From the NCBI GenBank assembly GCA_040225955.1, contig JBECUL010000061.1, forward strand, positions 1 through 11,758: a stretch of DNA of 11,758 nucleotides. Reading direction: 5' to 3'. A program made the position numbers and the translations under genes. Positions 8,382-11,758 of this stretch are shown piece by piece (position 1 is the stretch's first letter; every line of letters begins with the position of its first letter). The stretch comes from Candidatus Asgardarchaeum abyssi (GTDB taxonomy: Archaea; Asgardarchaeota; Asgardarchaeia; Asgardarchaeales; Asgardarchaeaceae). The notes under the pieces are model-generated. The model searched no databases, was not told the origin of the DNA, and saw only the letters and a program-made list of their open reading frames with translations.

Positions 8382-8469
8382 GAGGGCAGAGCCGCAAGTG
8401 AGAAGGTCCCCCTCCCCCATCTCCTCTCGAAAACGGATTTTATGCGGCGGTGAAGCCCCTTCTTTTTTT
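8382..8469 (+). ncRNA. Candidate ~85-nt kink-turn small RNA with a C-rich apical loop
   Basis: GC-rich island. GGGC-A-GA-GCCGCA (8384-8396) pairs with UGCGGC-GGU-GA-A-GCCC (8443-8458), a canonical K-turn. Inner stem GAGA-AGGU / AUCU-CC-UCUC closes loop CCCCCUCCCCC (8408-8418). TATA TTTTAATA at 8351-8358; T7 run at 8463-8469. Confidence 0.7.
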
Positions 8470-9004
8470 AAGGCAAAGTTATTTCACTTTCCTCAGTCTC
8501 TTCCTCAATAGCTAATAATTTTTCACTAAGACCAAAGCCAAAGCCGCTTCCTATGGTTATTATAATAAAATGAGGAATTAATACTGGTCTTACGTCATTT
8601 ATTATCATCATTGCGATATTAAGTATTTTTTCAGGGGAACGAAAAACTTCAGGAATGTTTAGGTAAACATCCGTGAATACGACCAATGTGTGAAAGAAAC
8701 CAACAAAGAACAAAGCAAAAAATGCTGTTAAAAAAACTTGACTTTTATTCTCTAAATTGAAACCAACAATAAAAGAGGTGGCAAACCACATAGCAGCTGT
8801 GAGAATTGAGTGATTACCATAATTTAATAGAATCTCACCAAAAATAAATGCCATTTGGGATATGACAGTTGTGCGAAGTCTATAAGCTATTGCAATCTCA
8901 GGGGGAACTAAAAATTCAAAACCTTGTAAAAATGTAAATAACATCCATGTATAAACAAACGACATTGATACAATTGAAAATGCTGCGCTTATTGACTTTG
9001 ACAT
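8468..9004 (-). CDS. Hypothetical multi-pass membrane protein with an acidic C-terminal tail
   Basis: 178-aa ORF with about 4-5 hydrophobic segments, SD-like GGTGTGA upstream; ends EEETEESEITLP. Confidence 0.8.
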   Translation of the reverse strand: MSKSISAAFSIVSMSFVYTWMLFTFLQGFEFLVPPEIAIAYRLRTTVISQMAFIFGEILLNYGNHSILTAAMWFATSFIVGFNLENKSQVFLTAFFALFFVGFFHTLVVFTDVYLNIPEVFRSPEKILNIAMMIINDVRPVLIPHFIIITIGSGFGFGLSEKLLAIEEETEESEITLP

Positions 9005-9101
9005 AGTATCACACCACGCACCAACTGTTTAACATTTAATATTTTAAAAATAACATAAATATACTTTGCTAGTGTAGAAACTCATGACCAGGAGGAATTA
9101 T

Positions 9102-10016
9102 ATGAACGCAAAAGACATTGTCGACGAAATAGACATAGCAGTTCTGAGAACAATCGACGGTCTTAGAACAGCATTTGAGTACGTTCCAATAGAAACATTA
9201 ATTGAGAAACTACCATATTCCCCTAAAAAAGTGATTCACAGAGTAGAAAAACTTGCAAGAATGGGGCTTATTCGATATATTTACGTTCCAGCAATGAATA
9301 CAAAGGGGGCCAGAATCACTGAAAAAGGATTTGATACATTAGCGCTTTGGGACTTTAAAAAGCATGAGATAATTGGTGAAATAGGGCATCTTATTGGCGT
9401 TGGTAAAGAGGCCACAATAATAAGCGCACTAAGTCCAGATAATGAGAGATTAGTTGTTAAATTTCATAGATGGTGGATTCATGAGTTTAAGAAAATAAAA
9501 AAATCATTGGCATACACGTCCATAGCTTGGAGGGGTAAAGAGTTAAAAATTGATGATTACAAAGTTGATATTCCAAGAGCTAAAGCACAGGTGGAAATGC
9601 ATGCGTTACAAGTATTATATTCGAAGGAAATAAGTGTTCCAGAGCCAAGGGGATTAAATAGGCATGCAGTTGTAATGATAATGATAGAGCGTGGGAATGG
9701 AATTCCAGCACCTCAACTGATTGACATTAAGCTACAAAACCCAAAAGAGACGTATGAGATAATAATAGAAGATTATATTAGGATGGTAAATGACTGCGGA
9801 ATAGTTCACGGAGACCTTAGTGAGTTTAACATCTTAGTCGATCCAGATGGTATTTTATATTATATAGACTTACCTCAGGCAGTACCCATTGATTTTCCAG
9901 GAGCTTATGAGCTTGCTGAAAGGGATTTAATGACCATAAATAACTATTTTTCAACAAAATATGGAATTAAAGTTACTCCTGTTGAGGGAATTATGGAGCA
10001 ATTAAATTTTGAGTAA
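9102..10016 (+). CDS. rio2: RIO2-type atypical Ser/Thr kinase/ATPase (small-subunit maturation factor)
   Basis: N-terminal wHTH (FEYVP...GARITEKGFDTLAL), IGVGKEA, VVKFHR, NRHAVVM, IVHGDLSEFNI, IDLPQ; ATG 9102 follows SD AGGAGG. Confidence 0.93.
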   Translation: MNAKDIVDEIDIAVLRTIDGLRTAFEYVPIETLIEKLPYSPKKVIHRVEKLARMGLIRYIYVPAMNTKGARITEKGFDTLALWDFKKHEIIGEIGHLIGVGKEATIISALSPDNERLVVKFHRWWIHEFKKIKKSLAYTSIAWRGKELKIDDYKVDIPRAKAQVEMHALQVLYSKEISVPEPRGLNRHAVVMIMIERGNGIPAPQLIDIKLQNPKETYEIIIEDYIRMVNDCGIVHGDLSEFNILVDPDGILYYIDLPQAVPIDFPGAYELAERDLMTINNYFSTKYGIKVTPVEGIMEQLNFE

Positions 10017-11177
10017 TTATACGTAGGTTACTATTTGAACAACATCTCCATCTTTCAATTCATAATTTAGGCCTACCCTTTTTGCAGGTATTCTCTCGTT
10101 CATTCTTCTTATGACAGCATATTTGAAGTACTTAACAAAAGTTGAATGTATTCTCTCTGCAACATCACGAACAGTAGCACCTTTTTTCATTACTAGAGGT
10201 CTGTCTGCGATGCCTTTATCGCTTTTAGTCCAAATACGAATAAGATTAAGTTGCCTAAATGATTCATTTAGCACATCATCTAGTCCTTTTCTCTTAATTG
10301 CCGTAGTTGGAATAACTTTAAATTTATTATCTACCAGCTCAAGCAGATTTTGATAGGATTTTGATGTTCCAGGAACATCGCCTTTTGTAGCGACAATTAT
10401 GGCTTTTTTATAAGTAATACTTCCATCGAGGCAATCTATCACATCTTTTAACTCAACCTTGCCAAATATGCGAACTACCGCATTTCTAATACCAGATTCC
10501 ATTAGGAATTCTTTAATGTCATTAGGGTCTATATTGTACCTTTCTGCGCCAAAAACTAAGATTCCACCGCTTCCAGTTCTCTCTATTTCAATTGGAGGAG
10601 GAGGCACGTTTAGTCTTATATCTGCATTATATAGCTCATTCATGAGGAGATTATATTGCCACTCAATATCTTGTGTTAGATCGATAATAATAGCAATTAA
10701 ATCAGCGTTCCTAATAAGCCCAAGGATTTGTCTACCGTTACCCATACCACGACCAGCACCCTCAAATAGAGCTGGAGCCTCAATCATTTGTAATTGAACA
10801 CCATTGCAGCACACAGCAATGCCTTGTATAGGTTCTATTGTTGGTTTGCCTATTTCAACTTTCACATTTGTCAATGCTGAAAGTAGGGCAGATTTCCCCG
10901 AGGACCGAACGCCAGTAAGAACTATTTGTGCATCACCCTCCTTAGGGATAGAAAATGGAGAAAAACCGCTGCCCTTTCTTGCCATTTGTCTTTTTTCAAG
11001 TTCCTTTTTCAGTTTTACTAATCTACTTCTATGTAAAGCTATTAGTTTCTCAGTACCTTTATGTTTAGGAACGAGGGAAAGAAACTCCTCTAAGGTTCTT
11101 ATTTTCTCTTCTAAAGTTTTAGCCTCCAAATGCCTAGCATATGCTGCCTGTGCTTCTGGAGGCAGATTTGCTGGCAT
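10017..11177 (-). CDS. DRG/OBG-family GTPase with C-terminal TGS domain
   Basis: MPANLPPEA...PKHKGTEKL N-terminus, P-loop GVRSSGKS, TKGD, and TGS-type GATVRDVAERIH...RVGLNYELKDGDVVQI; start placed at MPANL (11177). Confidence 0.92.
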   Translation of the reverse strand: MPANLPPEAQAAYARHLEAKTLEEKIRTLEEFLSLVPKHKGTEKLIALHRSRLVKLKKELEKRQMARKGSGFSPFSIPKEGDAQIVLTGVRSSGKSALLSALTNVKVEIGKPTIEPIQGIAVCCNGVQLQMIEAPALFEGAGRGMGNGRQILGLIRNADLIAIIIDLTQDIEWQYNLLMNELYNADIRLNVPPPPIEIERTGSGGILVFGAERYNIDPNDIKEFLMESGIRNAVVRIFGKVELKDVIDCLDGSITYKKAIIVATKGDVPGTSKSYQNLLELVDNKFKVIPTTAIKRKGLDDVLNESFRQLNLIRIWTKSDKGIADRPLVMKKGATVRDVAERIHSTFVKYFKYAVIRRMNERIPAKRVGLNYELKDGDVVQIVTYV

Positions 11178-11239
11178 TATGCACACCAATCATATATATT
11201 ATCTAAGTTTTTTAAGTTTTCAGATGACAGGCAAATATG

Positions 11240-11416
11240 CTATTTCATCCAAATCTCTATCTTGCATTTCTTACAGTATATTTTCTTAACAAAGTGACCA
11301 TCAGGGGTATAATAAACAAAGGCCCATAAACTTTCGCCACATTTGCCACATGATATATCAGTAAGCCTTTTTGACTCAACAAGTACAAGTTTTCGCTCAT
11401 CCATCTTTTGATACAT
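11240..11416 (-). CDS. Small zinc-ribbon protein (CxxC...CxxC); start uncertain
   Basis: MYQKMDERKLVLVESKRLTDISCGKCGESLWAFVYYTPDGHFVKKIYCKKCKIEIWMK. The upstream part of the 91-aa track ORF looks like AT-rich promoter DNA. Confidence 0.7.
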   Translation of the reverse strand: MYQKMDERKLVLVESKRLTDISCGKCGESLWAFVYYTPDGHFVKKIYCKKCKIEIWMK

Positions 11417-11525
11417 TATTTTTGTCAATGCCAATTCCCCGTGTATAATTATAAGTTTACAAAAATACAAATACAATAGGGTAATAAACATATATAAAAA
11501 ATTATTGTCTAACATACGAACCCGT

Positions 11526-11589
11526 AAAAAAATTCGTGATTGACGGGATCAGAGCCGACAAATTTATTTTCTTTGGCTCATCATCTCCC
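11526..11589 (-). ncRNA. Candidate box C/D-like kink-turn hairpin RNA (~64 nt)
   Basis: Minus strand GGGA-G-AUGAUGA-GCC...GGCU-CUGA-UCCC: perfect box C (11584-11578), box D (11552-11549) and terminal stem; CGTAAA-TTAAATA BRE/TATA at 11626-11614; U7 run at 11532-11526. Confidence 0.7.
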
Positions 11590-11653
11590 ATATGTTCTGG
11601 CTCATTAACGATGTATTTAATTTACGAAAAGTTATCTCACTCCTACGGCATCC

Positions 11654-11702
11654 AAAGCCGATTTACATACCACTCATCATTGCAAGAGCAGCACTCGGCT
11701 CC
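11654..11702 (-). ncRNA. Candidate hairpin small RNA
   Basis: Minus strand GAGCCGA/UCGGCUU outer stem and GUGCUGCUC/GAGUGGUAU inner stem, whose several G-U pairs form only on the minus strand; AUGAUGA at the apex (11680-11674); TATA-like TTTATTTT at 11734-11727. Confidence 0.5.
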
Positions 11703-11758
11703 ATTTCTACAGATACGTTAATCGAAAAAATAAATTTGACGCTTGAAAAACTGCAAAA

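Noticed and set aside
5084-11289. Overlapping ORFs 5084-5308, 5369-5614, 6677-6877, 7367-7696, 7811-8326, 10111-10353, 10459-10797 and 10804-11289
   Set aside because: These are antisense shadows of well-supported genes, with no recognisable motifs.
11545-11589. AUGA...AA...GA hairpin resembling a eukaryote/Asgard-type SECIS
   Set aside because: No UGA-containing gene is visible upstream in the window, and the hairpin has its own TATA box and perfect C/D boxes. It is not fully excludable without the next window.
11560-11710. Recurring GGCTCAT/CTCATCAT words as a CRISPR array
   Set aside because: The repeats are only 7-8 nt, irregularly spaced, and no cas genes are present.
11536-11721. 61-aa plus-strand ORF
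   Set aside because: No SD or protein motif; the region is better explained by minus-strand structured RNAs.

Overview
AT-rich archaeal chromosomal segment (GGTGA/GGAGG Shine-Dalgarno sites, TATA/BRE promoters, RIO2 kinase and a DRG-type GTPase). Coding content in order: a radical SAM/SPASM enzyme running off the left edge (absent from the ORF track), a PadR regulator, an MBL-fold hydrolase, an ICMT/PEMT-like membrane methyltransferase split by a 240-bp insertion, a decayed DUF3795-like Cys-rich gene, a sugar-phosphate nucleotidyltransferase, an ArsB/NhaD-type permease, a long coiled-coil protein followed by an RHH/wHTH protein, a membrane protein, RIO2, a DRG/TGS GTPase and a small Zn-ribbon protein. 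The most interesting signal is non-coding. (i) A 240-bp transposase-less IS607-like element, which appears to be little more than a promoter plus a TnpB omega-RNA, is inserted at a GG core, and a second diverged omega-RNA-like right end lies nearby in the opposite orientation. (ii) Several GC-rich intergenic hairpins have correctly spaced TATA boxes, two of them with textbook kink-turns (8382-8469 on +, 11526-11589 on -), which suggests unannotated L7Ae-binding small RNAs flanking the RIO2/DRG genes. All folds and translations outside the ORF track were done by eye.
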